Source of the DNA: Eledone cirrhosa
Taxonomy: Eukaryota
Assembly: GCA_964016885.1 (NCBI GenBank)
Contig: OZ024743.1
Location: forward strand, 79,856,001-79,920,000
Reading direction: 5' to 3'
Length of the DNA: 64,000 nucleotides
The notes under the pieces are model-generated. The model did no database searches. It was not told the DNA's origin and saw nothing but the letters and a program-made list of their open reading frames with translations. Made by a program: the position numbers and the translations under genes. Shown one piece after another: positions 1 to 13,845 of this stretch. The stretch's first letter is position 1, and the number at the start of each line of letters is the position of its first letter.

Positions 1-2169
1 GTAGGTTGTCCACAATTTAAAGTAGTTGACTACACGGACCAGAAATTTGTGATCTGTGAAGTTGACTTAGATAGACTCCATAGGCAAGGGCCCGGCTACT
101 GGAAGCTGAACTCGTCGTTCCTGGCGCGCAAAGCTTACAGAGACCGGATTAGCGAATTAGTTAAGCGTGCGTTGACGGGTGCGATCGTCAACAACACGTG
201 GTGTTTTATCCTGAAAAGGGCTATTAGAGTAGATTCGATAAGGTTTTGCAAAGGAGTAGTGATAGAGGAAAATAGAGTAGAGGGAGAATTAGTTAGAAAG
301 CTAGAAGAGACGTTTGGGACAGGCATCGCAACCGACGTGCTTGCGGCGAGATTGGCACTCGACCAATTCTTCAACGCAAAGCATGAAGGCTGCGTTGTCA
401 GAGCTAGAGCGCGTGCTGTAAGACACGAGGGGACTAAAGCCGTTCAATGGGCCCGGGTGGTGGAGGCCCGACGTGGCAACAAGTCCACAATTCGGTCTTT
501 TCCTGATCAAAACAGGCGCATGTTGCTCGAACCCGAGCAGATGTGTGCGCTTTTCAACAACACTTTGCCCGATTGTTCGGGAGCGGTGGGCCTGATCGAA
601 GTATGGACTTCAGTGCATACATCGACGGACTGCAGCGGCTCTCGACGACCGCAGCGCAGTGCTGCGAAAGGCCGATAACAACCAATGAAATACGGCAAGC
701 GATGTCTGACTGCACGAGGGGTAAATCGTCAGGTTCGGATGGTCTACCCTACGAGCTTTATGCGTATATGCCAGACTTGTTCGGTGACCTCTTGGCAGAT
801 GTCTACTACAACTGGCAACAAAACGGGATCATTCCCAGTTTTGTGAGCCGGGGAGCGGTGGCGCTGCAAAGAAAAGACCCGAACAAGGGGGACGTTATAG
901 ACAATTTCAGGCCCATAACTCTGCAGAGTTTCAGATTTTGGCCAAGGTGTTAGGAAAGAGATTGGCACTTGTCGTCGGTGATCTGGTGGGAGAGGCGCAG
1001 ACAGATCAATCCACGACAACCTCCCTCTCATGCGATACATCATAGAGAGGGTGGTTAAGGAACCTGGCAAGGGTGGGGCCCTGATCAACTTGGATCAATC
1101 CAAAGCATTTCAGAGGATCGACGATCGGTACCTGGATCAGGAAAAGACCGAGGGATAGCGCTTGGAAACTGGAATGTCTCCAGGCGCTCCACCGCCCTCT
1201 GCCAGATGGGCACCAGTATCGGTGGAACATCCACCTCGGCCTTCTACAGAGGACTAGTGGAGGGGAAGAGCGATGACGTTCTCAGAGAGATTCTGGGCGT
1301 CGAAGAAGATCAGCTGTTTGCTCACTTTCGGAGAACTTTCAGCCCAGGGCCTATGGATAGATTCCAGAAATTCCTGGCCCGGCAGTGCTACCGGGGAGCG
1401 TTGCCGGTTCAAGATAAGTTCTACAGGCACGGAAGTGCCTCAGCCAAGCCTGTCCGAGATGCGCGCAGAGCGACGAAACCGTCGTGCTCGCACTCGTTCA
1501 GTGCCCAAGCATTGCTGAATTGTGGAGCTATGTCGAACAGTTGCTGTCGCGTGTAGGACTGATCCGGTTATCGACTGAATCCATTGTGCAGATGGTCTCG
1601 CCGTCTTCCTTCGAGGAGGAAGGGCGGGCGGTTTTCATCTGCCTGGTGGTCAGGGCGAAAGAGATTGTGTGGTGGACAAGGTTGAAAGGATTAAAGACAG
1701 ACACTTTCCTCTTCGGCGAATCCCTGATTAACTTTTTCAAGTTTCACTTGAAGAGGAAAATCAGGCTGGAGAGGCAAGTGCTGCCTTCTAGCAAGTTTGT
1801 TGAAAGGTGGGTAAATGTAGCGAGAATGGTCCGAGTGAACGGGACCACTCTGAATATACGTCTGTAGTTTGAGGAATGGAAAAATTGAGAGAGGGCGCTT
1901 GCCCTGGTGGCCAGGGTGGCCGTGGTCTTTTGTGTGGTTTACGGCACGAGTAACCCTATTAGGGAATATTTCATTGTTTCAATTTTCATTTTTATTGTTT
2001 ATATATATATGTTTCTATGTCTTTTTCTTTTCTTTTCTTATATAAATAATAAAAATCTTTACACGGCCAAAACCCACATCGTACCGTCCTGTACCGTCGT
2101 GTGCCGTCTGTAATGTTTTTCTTGATGTCGGCCCTTGTGGCCAATAAAGAAATTATTATTATTATTATT
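1..2169 (+). mobile_element. L1/Tx1-clade LINE, decayed ORF2 (end of APE, partial RT, C-terminal Cys domain) with 3' UTR; 5' part lies outside the window
   Basis: ORF fragments GPGYWKLNSS, GKSSGSDGLPYELY, NFRPITL, then LINLDQSKAF. Internal deletion near 1138 jumps to the C-terminal region (KRKIRLER). Ends CCCTTGTGGCCAATAAAGAA followed by (ATT)n. Collinear with the element at 58870-64000. Confidence 0.92.
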
Positions 2170-2342
2170 GGCAGTATCGGTAGAGGGTCGGACGCCATGC
2201 TTTGCAGCATAGTTACGTCCCTTTGCGGATTGAGTTCAAATCCCGCCGAGGTTAACTTTGCCTTTCATCCTTACGGGGTCGATAAAATAAAGTACCAGTA
2301 ATACACTGGATAATTGCTGGCCTTGTGCCAAAAGTAGAAACA

Positions 2343-2345
<3 letters not shown>
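2168..2345 (+). mobile_element. tRNA-derived SINE, slightly 5'-truncated
   Basis: B-box GAGTTCAAATCC, central GCCTTTCATCCTTACGGGGTCGATAAAATAAAGTACCAG, 3' GGCCTTGTGCCAAAAGTAGAAAC then (ATT)n. Several other copies occur in the window. Confidence 0.85.
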
Positions 2346-2399
<54 letters not shown>

Positions 2400-2587
2400 T
2401 CATTATTATCATTATTATGTATTGTTATATTTTTATTATTGTTTTTGTTATCATCAATATCAGTAACATCATCATCATCGTTATCATCGTCATCATCGCC
2501 GTCACCATCATCATCATCAACAGTATCATCACCATCATCATCATCATCATCACATCACCATCATCATCATCATCATCGTCATCATCG

Positions 2588-2631
<44 letters not shown>

Positions 2632-2641
2632 GTCATCATCG

Positions 2642-2685
<44 letters not shown>

Positions 2686-2772
2686 GTCGTCATCATCGTC
2701 ATCATCATCATCATCATCATCATCATCGTCATCATTATCATCATCATCATCATCAACAGTATCATCATTATT
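2344..2772. repeat. (ATT)n then (CAT/CGT)n microsatellites
   Basis: Direct reading; explains the poly-I/H/S/M ORFs. Confidence 0.97.
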
Positions 2773-3215
2773 GATTTTTCTCAGTTATTCATGTTTTTAA
2801 GGTGGTGGTGGTGGTGTGTATTAAATGCCGCGAGAAAAATTAATTTGCTCATTCAATTAAGCGGCCTCTGCTAATTACAAAGTATTGAGTGTTGTCCTCT
2901 GTTTCACTATTCTCCCACTTATTACCTAACAATCTCCCTTCTATATAACCTAAAGTCATTCCTCACAACTTTTTCCCCTTTAATTTTTAAACTTCTTCTT
3001 TTATATCTATTGTTTACCGCAATATGTTTTTCCTCTAAATTAAATTAGTCATTAATTCTTTACTTCAAGAATGTTTAAGAGGAGAGAACATAGTTTATAT
3101 TACATATCTAACACAGTTCTTACTCTACTGGTAACTCGAGACAATTTGGCACATTTAGCAATACAGAGTTTATATATTCTGGTGTCGTTTCCCTGTATAG
3201 TGGATGGGAGTGCTA

Positions 3216-3302
<87 letters not shown>

Positions 3303-3304
3303 TT

Positions 3305-4790
3305 GTCTGTCGGTTTGCTACTCGGCAGATGGAGAGGCCAATCCATGCCTTCCGACAGTGTCGTTGGATGCTGGACGGAAGGATCGGTGAAATTGCTCGA
3401 GGTCTGTTTTGGTCCAGACCTCCAGGTGGACAAGAACTGGAACGAGGTCACGGCGAAGGTGTTTGCACTCACCCAGAAGTGGGCTGAGTGCAAACTCTCC
3501 TTGAAAGGTCGAGCGGAGGTGGCGAACACACACTTGCATAGAGTCCGTCATCTACTACCGCTTGACAGCCGTGCCTTGTCCCCGTGAACACCTATTGAAG
3601 AAACAGAAAGAGGAGATCCATCTGTTGTCAACACCCTTCTAACGGGGGGCTGGGCATGCCGTGGCTGATGATGCGCAAACACGCGCTGAGGCTACGCCAT
3701 CTCCAGGTATTCCTGACCGGCGAACCGGTGTGGCTGTGGTTTGTGATACAAGCTCTTCCACAACTCGTCTCACTAGCAGAGCTGCAGTCCTGGGTCAAGC
3801 GAAGACCGAAAATGGGCGCCTGGCACCTCAAGTTCCTTCAGGCGCTCACAGCCCTCTACCAAGCGGAAACAGCAATCAGCGGAGACTCCACTTTGACATT
3901 CTATAGGGGATTAGTGGAGGATAAGTGCGACGACGTTCTCGAGGAAACTCTAGGCATCGAGGAGGACGAACTGACTAGTCTGTTCGGGAGGACTTTCCAT
4001 CCAGGGCCTATGGATAACTTCCAGAGGTCTCTGGCCTGGCAGTGCTACCGAGGAGCTCTACCAGTTCGAGACAAAATCTACAGGCACGGACGCCCTGGCA
4101 GAGATCCTGCCAAAAGCAACTGTCCAAGATGCGAGCGGGACATCGAAACCGTTCTGCATGCAATTGTTCAGTGCCCAGGGGTGACCGACCTGTGGAATGA
4201 TGTCGAACAGCTGCTGTCACGTGTGGAAGGCATCCAGTTGTCAGCCAAGTCCATCGTGAGGATCACCCCGCTCCTTCATTTAAGAATGAAGGAGAGGCGG
4301 TCTTCCTCTGTCTGGTGGCTATGGCGAAAGAGGTCATATGGTGGACGACGTTAAAAGGACTGAGAGCAAACACCTTTCTTTCCGGACAACAACTTATCCC
4401 CTTCTTTAAGCATCACTTCAGAAGTAAGGTGAGAGTGGAGAGAGAGGTGCTACACCCCAGTAAATTCGCTGAAAGGAGGGTGAATGTGGCGAAAATGGCC
4501 CGAGTGAATGGGCCTCCTCTGTATATAAACCTGTAGGTTGAGGAAGATAAACAGAGGGAAGACGGGAACACCTACAAAACGTGTTCCTGGTGTTGAGGGT
4601 TGTTCTATCCACGGGGTGTAAAACAACCCTGCAGTAACGTTCCCTCCTATTGGGGATTTCAATTGTTATTTTATTATATATAGTTTATTGTTATTTATTA
4701 ATGTTAAAGTTATATGATTTTTATGTAAAGCCCCGCCGTCACGTCTTGTAATGTCCCATTTTTGTACGCCCCAGTGGCAAATAAAGAAAG
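3305..4790 (+). mobile_element. 5'-truncated L1/Tx1-clade LINE (post-RT region, Cys motif, 3' UTR) embedded in (TCTA)n
   Basis: LSLKGRAEVAN, GGLGMPWLMMR, CPRC...ETVLHAIVQCP. Ends GTGGCAAATAAAGAAAG. (TCTA)n at about 3217-3302 and 4792-4853. Confidence 0.92.
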
Positions 4791-4791
4791 A

Positions 4792-4854
<63 letters not shown>

Positions 4855-5508
4855 AGATCCATTGTCCCTTTACTCTTGGTGGAGTCGTAGGAACGCCATG
4901 GGCATAAGCGGGGTGTTTGGGACATTTTGACCCGGCAGAGTGCAGCCTTTTCCAGGTCGGAATACAGAGAGAGAGGGGGTGGAGGGGAGAGAGAGAGAGA
5001 GAGAGAGAGAGGGTGAGTGAGTGAGTAAGAGAGGGAGAGATAGGGTGTGAGAGAGGGTGAGTGAGCGAGAGAGAGAGAGGGAGAGAGAGAAAGAGGAGAG
5101 AGAGAGAGATGAAGAGAGAAAGGAGGAGAGAGAGAGAAGGCGAGAGAGAGAGAGAGAGGGAAGAAGAGAGAAGGTGTGAGAAAGAGATATAAAGGAGGAG
5201 AGATAGAGAGGGGGAGAGAGAGAAAGAGACAGAGAGAGAGAGAAACAAAGGAAAGAGATTGATCGTTAGTACCAGTTTAATACTAAAGATCTTTAACTAA
5301 TGTCGCAAGCCATTCTATCGGACGCTCTAACGAGTCTGCCAGTTCCTCACATTAAAATGGTACAACACTAAACTATAGACAGAAGTTGGCAATGTTGCTG
5401 CTGCATGTTCCAATCCCACCAGAACTTATTTAGCAATAAATAAGTCACTGGTCTTTAGTTCAATTATATATTCTACACACCTTACAACGTCTAGCTTTTG
5501 GGTTGAAA

Positions 5509-5645
5509 TCATCACTATCTCCATCATCGCCATCTTCATCATCACCATCATCATCACCATCATCACCACCATCTCCATTATCATCATCACCATCATCACC
5601 ACCATCTCCATTATCATCATCACCATCACCATCACCATCATCACC

Positions 5646-5677
<32 letters not shown>

Positions 5678-5828
5678 CATCACCATCATCACCATCTTCA
5701 TCATCACCATCATCATCACCATCATCACCACCATCTCCATCATCATCATCACCATCATCATCGCCATCATCATCATCACCATCACCACCATCTCCATTAT
5801 CATCACCATCACCATCACCATCATCACC

Positions 5829-5860
<32 letters not shown>

Positions 5861-5999
5861 CATCACCATCATCATCATCACCATCATCATCATCACCATC
5901 ATCATCATCACCATCATCACCATCTTCATCATCACCATCATCATCACTATCATCACCACCATCTCCATCATCATCATCACCATCATCATCACCATCACC

Positions 6000-6045
<46 letters not shown>

Positions 6046-6932
6046 CCATCATCATCACCATCATCATCATCACCATCATCATTACCATCATCATCATCAC
6101 CATCTTCATCATCACCATCACCATCATCACCATCATCATCACCATCACACCACCATCACCATCACCACCATCATCATCACCATCACCACCATCACCATCA
6201 CCACCACCATCACCATCATCACCATCACCATCACCACCATCATCACCATCATCACCACCATCATCATCACCATCACCATCATCATCACCATCACCACCAC
6301 CATCACCATCACCACCATCATCATCACCATCACCACCACCACCACCAGCATCACCATCATCATCACCACCATCACCATCACCATCACCACCACCACCATC
6401 ACCATCACCATCACCATCACCATCACCACCATCACCATCACCATCACCACCACCATCATCACCATCATCAACACCATCATCATTACTCACATCACCATCA
6501 TCACCATCATCACCATCTTCATCATCATCACCACCACCATCACCATCACCACCATCATCATCACCATCACCACCATCACCATCACCACCACCATCACCAT
6601 CATCACCATCACCATCACCACCATCATCACCATCATCACCACCATCATCATCACTCACATCATCACCACCACCATCATCACCATCACCATCACCATCACC
6701 ATCACCATCACCACCACCATCACCATCATCACCATCACCATCACCACCACCATCATCATCACCACCACCACCATCACCATCATCACCACCATCATCATCA
6801 CTCACATCATCACCACCACCATCACCACCATCACCATCACCATCACCACCACCACCACCATCATCACCATCATCAACACCATCATCATCACTCACATCGC
6901 CATCATCACCATCACCACCATCACCATCATCA
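5509..6932. repeat. Compound (CAT)n/(CAC)n trinucleotide array, about 1.4 kb
   Basis: Direct reading; source of the 489-aa and 586-aa low-complexity ORFs. Confidence 0.97.
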
Positions 6933-7098
6933 TATTACGATCTTACCAAACAACAAACTATCACATTCTGGGTTACAATTCTTCTGTATAAAAGTGTGTG
7001 TATATATGTGTATGTGTGTAGATGTGTATATATGTGTAAATATATGTATGTGTATATATGTGCATGTGTGTATGTGTGTATGTGTGTATATGTATATA

Positions 7099-7147
<49 letters not shown>

Positions 7148-8010
7148 GTGTATGTGTGTATGTGTATGTGTATATATGTGTATGTGTGTATGAGTATGTG
7201 TATATATGTGTATGTGTATACATGTGTATGTGTATGTGTGTATGTGTGTATGTGTGTATGTAAGAAGGGACTTAAATATATGTCCCTGCCCAGACTCCTC
7301 CCCCGTTTAACGTTATTTGCAAAAATGGTGTCCATGACTAATTAAGGAATCATTATTAAATAATGACTATAATTATTTAATTAACCAGCAACTGCCCGAA
7401 TGTGTTAATGAAGGAACCACTTTGTTACCTTTGTTATGACGTCGTCCAAACTCTGCCATCTTCTTCTTCTTCTTCTTCTAGTAGAATTTCATGGTTGTGT
7501 AAATACCCCCCCCCCTCCTCTGGAATGTATATTGACTAAATGGTGGTAGTTGTTGTTGTTGTTGTTGCTGTGGTGGTGGTGGTACTGAGTATTGTGATAG
7601 TGGTAGCGGCGGTGTTGTTGTTGGTGTTGGTGGTGGTGGTGGTGGTTGTGGTTGTGGTTGTGGTGGTTGTGGTGATGGTTGTGGTAGTATTGGTGGTAGT
7701 GGTAGTGTTAAGTATTGTGGTAGTAGTGGTGGCGGTGGTAGTGTTAAGTATTGTGGTAGTGTTGGTTGTGGTTCTAGTTGTGGTAGTGTTGGTGGCGGTA
7801 ATGGTAGTAGTGGTGATGGTGGTAGTAGTAGTGGTGGCGGTGTTGCAACGATTACTAGAGACGATGGCTGACTTTTGTTTTACTTTTTAGGAGGACATTA
7901 TTTCATTTTGAATTATGTGAAATATTTAATTTCTATCAGTTTGGAATGGAACCTCTGACAACCAACAGGAAATAAGAAGGAATGGACTTCCGTCAGTTGT
8001 ACGATCACTA

Positions 8011-8174
8011 GAGTCATGGGTAAACTGCGGTCCACAACCTGTATGCGACCCAAATGGCTTTCTGAATGGCACACCTAATTCCAAATTGCCTTGATTTGTT
8101 TTATTAGTGCAGCCCGCCCTATGATGAGCCATATCCTACGCGGCCCACTCCTCGAAAAAAGTTGCCCATGCTTG
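8011..8174. mobile_element. Short hAT (Charlie-like) MITE, degenerate
   Basis: Left end GAGTCATGGGTAAACT-GCGGTCC and right end GCGGCCC...AAGTTGCCCATGCTTG form imperfect TIRs with GGGCC-type subterminal motifs. No clear TSD. Confidence 0.6.
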
Positions 8175-8479
8175 ATCTATATTATAGTATAAGAGGTTGG
8201 ACATCCCAAAGGCACGTGTACCTTTAACGTAGATTCAATATAAGACAGGATGTCACAAGGCTGGCTTATACAATTAAAACTCGGGGCCCATCCGAGGAGT
8301 TTCCAGTTTCCGTCTACCTCATTTCCCTCACAAGGAGTTGATCTGACGCTGTAGTAGATGATACATGTTTAATGATGTTACTCAGTAAGAACGAAGCCGA
8401 GAACTTACGATGTTGAAGCAAAGATTCGGACCATTCGTTCCTGTTATTACTTCAATGGCCAAGAAAACCCACACAGTTA

Positions 8480-10294
8480 GATGGAACGGGTGGACCAGAG
8501 CCATACGGACACCCGAAAACCACGATGAACTAAAGAAAATGATTGCACATGCGGTGGGGGCCAGCATGAAATTAACCCTTAAGGAACATGTGTTCAAATT
8601 TAATGGAAAAACATATGCCCAAGAGGAAGGAGCAGCCATTGGTGTTAGCATTGCAGGCGACATAGCTAACTTATTCATGGTATGGTGGGACAGTAGACTT
8701 AAACTTAAACTTAAAGAACAAATAGAAGACCCCTTAACCCTGATAATGTACTCCCGCTACGTTGATGATATAAACATCGTAGTTAAAACACCCCCACTAG
8801 AGAACAGTCAGGAACTAGAGAAAAACACAATGGAAAGCATCCAGCAAATAGCTAACTCCATCCACCAGAGTATTAGAGTTAGTATAGACTACCCAAGTAA
8901 ACACCCCAACCATCGATTACCTGTACTAGACACAGAGCTCTGGTTAGATACCATTAATAACAAAAAACAAATCCTCCATTCCCATTATGCCAAACCCATG
9001 ACTTCCAAATATCTGATCCACCGAAACTCAGCTGTTTCGGACCATACCAAAATCAACATACTGATTGCGGATTTGGTACAGGTGATGAGAAACGTGTCCC
9101 GCATGTGCAACCCCGAATAACTAGAGAGACACATACAACATTTCATCCACCGTATGCAGTTCTCTGGTTACAATCAGAGAGATAAAATCAGAGTGTATAG
9201 AGGAGCCAGAACCAAATGGGAAAAAATGGTAAATAATGACACAAATGGGACCTGCCCCTTGTATAGGAGCAAATTTTGGAATAGAATAGAAAGAACTAGG
9301 AATAAGGCTAATAGAATAAACTTATGGTATGATAGCAATAAATACCAGTGTAATGTTCATCGATACAACCCCTAGAGGTGAATTAGCTTACAAATTTAGA
9401 AGGGCCCTAGATAAACATAAACTCAATATTAAGATAGTAGAAAGACCAGGTACCTCTGTAAAAACACTTATTAGCAAGACATACCCTTTTCAAAGACCCC
9501 CCCTGTATAGATAAGAAGTGTATAACCTGTAAATTAAGCCCCCATATTAACTGTAAAACTAGAAATGTAGTATATAGCATAAGATGTACTGAAGGACAAT
9601 GTAGAGACAAAAATATAGTGTACATAGGTGAGACAGCTCGTAGTGTAGGGGAACGGATAAATGAACACTGGCGAAACCTTCAAGATAGGAAAGAATCATC
9701 TGTACTCTACCAACATGCTAATATAGAACATAAGGGTAAATTAGAGAACATAGAAATAAAAATAGAATCTACCCACAGAAAAGACGCAATGTTTAGACAA
9801 ATCACAGAGGCAATAAACATAAAAGAATTACAACCAAAATTAAATAGAAAACATGAGTGGAACAGCAACATCACAACTTACAATTAAGGACAAAATGAAA
9901 ACACACACGCACATAGAACAAACAACCAAACTGTAACATGTAAATAAACAAATAAATAAACGAATATAAACACACATAGACACCCGGATGTGGCGCATGC
10001 GCAGACTGAGCACACAACACACACACAGAAACAAAATGGCATAGGACAGAACAAAGGAGAGGCACAAAAAAAACAAAAAATAAACAAAGAAAAGAATCCC
10101 CAGTCACTGAAGAGGTCACAGAATGTGTGACGAAAGAACTTTGACAATATATAAACAACGATCTGGTTGTGGAACCAACCAACCGGAAATTTATAAATTC
10201 CTAAATTTATAAATTTATTAAAATAAATTGAAGTGAAAGCTACTGGTGCGTGTGTTTCTTATTGGCAACATGACCCTCCCAAAGTATAACAATG
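8480..10294 (+). mobile_element. Penelope-like element, 5'-truncated (RT plus C-terminal GIY-YIG), with stops and frameshifts
   Basis: QEEGAAIGVS, YSRYVDD, LPVLD; then NVVYSIRC...YIGETARS...RINEH...EAINI...LNRKHEW. HHR in the 3' UTR; ends at (TA)n. Confidence 0.9.
10103..10145 (+). ncRNA. Minimal type-I hammerhead ribozyme (PLE 3' region)
   Basis: GTCA-CTGAAGA-g-GTCACA gaatg TGTGAC-GAAA-GAAC-TT-TGAC. One extra G before stem II; stem III is an imperfect palindrome. Confidence 0.75.
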
Positions 10295-11022
10295 TATATA
10301 TATATATATGAAGGCGCATGGATTAGTGGTTAGAGCAGTAGGTTGCGATAGTGGTGGTGGTAGTGGTGGTGGTAGTGGTGGTGATGCTGGTGGTGGTGGT
10401 GATGGTGGTGCGGGTGGTGGTGGTGGTAGTCGTAGTGGTGGTGGTAATGGTGGTGGTAGTGGTGTTGGTGGTGGTAGACGTAGTGGTGGTGGTTGTTATT
10501 AATTTGTTAGAGCTTTGTTTCAGATTTATGCCTTCTCTTCCTTTTCCCTTCTTTCAACTTCCGTCCATAGAATTTGTTTTGTATTTAAAAGAAAAAAAAT
10601 CAATTACTGTTATCGTTAAAATATCGGAGAGAAATAGACACATATATATATATATACACATATATATATATACACACATATATACACACATATATACACA
10701 CATATATACACATATATATATATACACATATATATATATATATACACATATATATATACACACATATATACACATATATATGTGTATATATATATATACA
10801 CATATATATATATACACACATATATATACACATATATACACATACATACACACACATATATACACACATATGTATATATATATACACATATATATATAGA
10901 CACAAACACACACATATATACACACATTTATACACATATATATATATACACACAAACTAAACACACACACAAACACACACACACGCGCGTGCTCAAATAT
11001 AAACACACTATAAAAATTACAA

Positions 11023-11068
<46 letters not shown>

Positions 11069-11077
11069 ATTGAGAGG

Positions 11078-11136
<59 letters not shown>

Positions 11137-11189
11137 CGAGAGAGAGAGCGAGAGAAATGAAGAAAGAGAGAGAGAGAGAGGGAGTGAGA

Positions 11190-11263
<74 letters not shown>

Positions 11264-11359
11264 AGGTACAGACATGGAACGGATTAATAAGTAATAATGG
11301 AATAGGTCAGAGTGGCGGGGTATCTCCAAACAGAAACAAGGAAGATATACAGATATATA

Positions 11360-11454
<95 letters not shown>

Positions 11455-11514
11455 GTGTGTATGTGTGTGTCTCTGTGTGTGTGTGTGTGTGCGTGTGTGT
11501 TTGTGTGTGTGCGT

Positions 11515-11606
<92 letters not shown>

Positions 11607-11733
11607 AAAATGGTGTTCTTAAAGAATATATAGTGTAATAATTATTTGACACTTCATTTCATGTGAAGTTCTGAAACAAAGAAAGCTTTACATTATGTAG
11701 TTGTTTACCAATAACACTGCTACACATCTACAT

Positions 11734-11811
<78 letters not shown>

Positions 11812-11868
11812 ATGTTTGTATATATACATATATGTGTGCGTGTGTATATATATGTATGTATATATATA

Positions 11869-12038
<170 letters not shown>

Positions 12039-12106
12039 AGGAAAACAGATGAAATCGAAAATGCAACTAGAGTCTTGTTTTATAAATATATATATTTATT
12101 TGGTTC

Positions 12107-12142
12107 CTTTACCGGTTTCGCAGTTTTTCTGCTTTTCAAAAG
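12107..12142 (-). ncRNA. Minimal hammerhead ribozyme, U3-A8 core variant
   Basis: Minus strand reads CTT-TTGAAAA-GCAG aaaaa CTGC-GAAA-CCGG-TA-AAG; stem III palindrome ACCGGT. Confidence 0.75.
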
Positions 12143-12174
12143 TACAGTTGAGATGGAGGGTCTGTGTTTTTTCT

Positions 12175-12231
<57 letters not shown>

Positions 12232-12343
12232 GGCTCTTGAAAGAATTTCTCCCACATCATTCATTCTCATCTCGGGATCAATTTTGAATAGCGCCAGTTC
12301 GTAATTTGAACTCGGGAATTTTATATTCTCCGAGTGAAAAGAT

Positions 12344-12427
12344 CCTTCTGACGAGAGTTTATCTTTGCAACGGATGCCGTATGGACTGTCCGTTTATTTT
12401 TGAGACTCGAAACCGATTCGGTAAAGG
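12344..12427 (+). ncRNA. Type-I hammerhead ribozyme with intact core and extended stem II
   Basis: CCTT-CTGACGA-GAGTTT...(AACGGAT/GTCCGTT)...AGACTC-GAAA-CCG att CGG-TA-AAGG. Confidence 0.88.
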
Positions 12428-12495
12428 TAACCAAAGTGAGTAAAGTTAATTTTTGAAAATTTATTTTGAAACTTTTTCTTATTTGCTAAATCTTG

Positions 12496-12569
<74 letters not shown>

Positions 12570-12773
12570 CATATATATATATATATACAAAAGTTAGTAC
12601 ACCATAATCGAAGCTCTGGCTGCAGCGAAGATCGGGATGTGCAGCTAAGCACTCATCAAGGTAAATTACCTTAGAGTTATGACATTACGTTTAGATAGTT
12701 TTGCAAATTGAAGACAGCGACCGATCGATAAGCGAGCCGCAGTGACCAAAGCGACGAAAAAAACTGACTCAGG

Positions 12774-12836
<63 letters not shown>

Positions 12837-12839
12837 TTA

Positions 12840-13845
12840 TTTACGGAGAGCACGGTGCGTATGTGCATAAACACACATGTACCGTGTCGAATTTTGACAG
12901 TATTGTATAAGCTCAATGTACGAGAACAGAGCCGTTATATGTAAAAGAAATAAAAGAACTCCTACATACTCAAACAGTTTTTATTTGCTGACAATGTTTA
13001 ATCCATACAATTGGGCAGGTATCATCAGAGCTTAATAAACAAAAATACAGTGCTGAGTATAAGCTCTACCAAGCTTAGTCACACAAACAATTGGAATACA
13101 ATAGAGGGTAAAAAGAGGGAGATCGGAGATGGCGAATACGGAGAGAGTACATGTTGAGGTTGTTATTAAGCACTACAGCTAAATGCTAGGGTACAGGCAG
13201 ATTTTTTCACAAGATGCAAATGCAAGTGATGGCACACAAAAGCAAAAAGTATAAACAATGGTTAAAACATATAATAAAAAAGTAAAAGGAAAATAATATG
13301 AAGAGATAAAAAATAAATAAAAAAGATAAAAAATTGTAAAAAGGAAAAAAAGAAAAAAAAAAAAAAGAAAACGTTTTAAGCACATAAAAAAAACAGAGGA
13401 AGTTAAGCGCTGGTCCCTATATATAACAGGTGAATAAGATCTCCGTAACTTATAGTTATAGAAATACTAAGAGGTTCATAAGGTACCTTCAGAAAGCCCA
13501 AGGGGATTTTAATCCTCCCCATAGTATACATAAACAAGGTATACTAGTAGGTAATTGAATTAAGTGGCCCATGGGTGTTTAACAAGTATATAGACAGGTA
13601 CCACATAAATACAAGCCATAACAAGCAAAGCGGGGGTGATAAAGCTGAAGCAAAAATACATAACAACAATGGCTTAGTTATTCTAAAAAACACACATCTG
13701 GCGAGGAGTTACTACATATGCATATCTACCGCAGAGGCTAGACCAATCGGTTACATATGCCCCGATTGTTTAGGGGTTATAGAAATATTGGATTGTCAGT
13801 AGATAACAAGAGACAGTAGATAACAAGGTTATGGCGATATTGGAT
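12840..13845 (-). mobile_element. Inverted pseudo-LTR / 3' region associated with the downstream PLE; carries a degenerate HHR at 12987-13031
   Basis: About 12843-12951 is a diverged reverse complement of about 13844-13950. Minus strand GCT-CTGATGA...TAAA(for GAAA)-CATTG-TC-AGC. Confidence 0.7.

Noticed and set aside
3305-3360. The Tx1 copy at 3305 begins almost where the copy ending at 54992 stops, suggesting one split element
   Set aside because: The 50-nt overlap differs at about 10 positions and the order is reversed, so these are separate insertions.
5426-7263. Long His-rich, Asp/Gly-rich and Met/Val-rich ORFs (also 2325-2800 and 57996-58676)
   Set aside because: Translations of (CAT/CAC)n microsatellites that lack stops in several frames; no domain, splice or codon evidence.
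10309-10350. tRNA-like A box (GGCGCATGGATTAGTGGTTAGAGC)
   Set aside because: Only a SINE head fragment; no cloverleaf or B box. No true tRNA or rRNA gene was seen in the window.
12640-12662. Minus-strand TTGATGA-GTGC...GCAC, and similar partial cores near 18087, 25580 and 40893
   Set aside because: They lack GAAA and stem III, so they were not counted as ribozymes.
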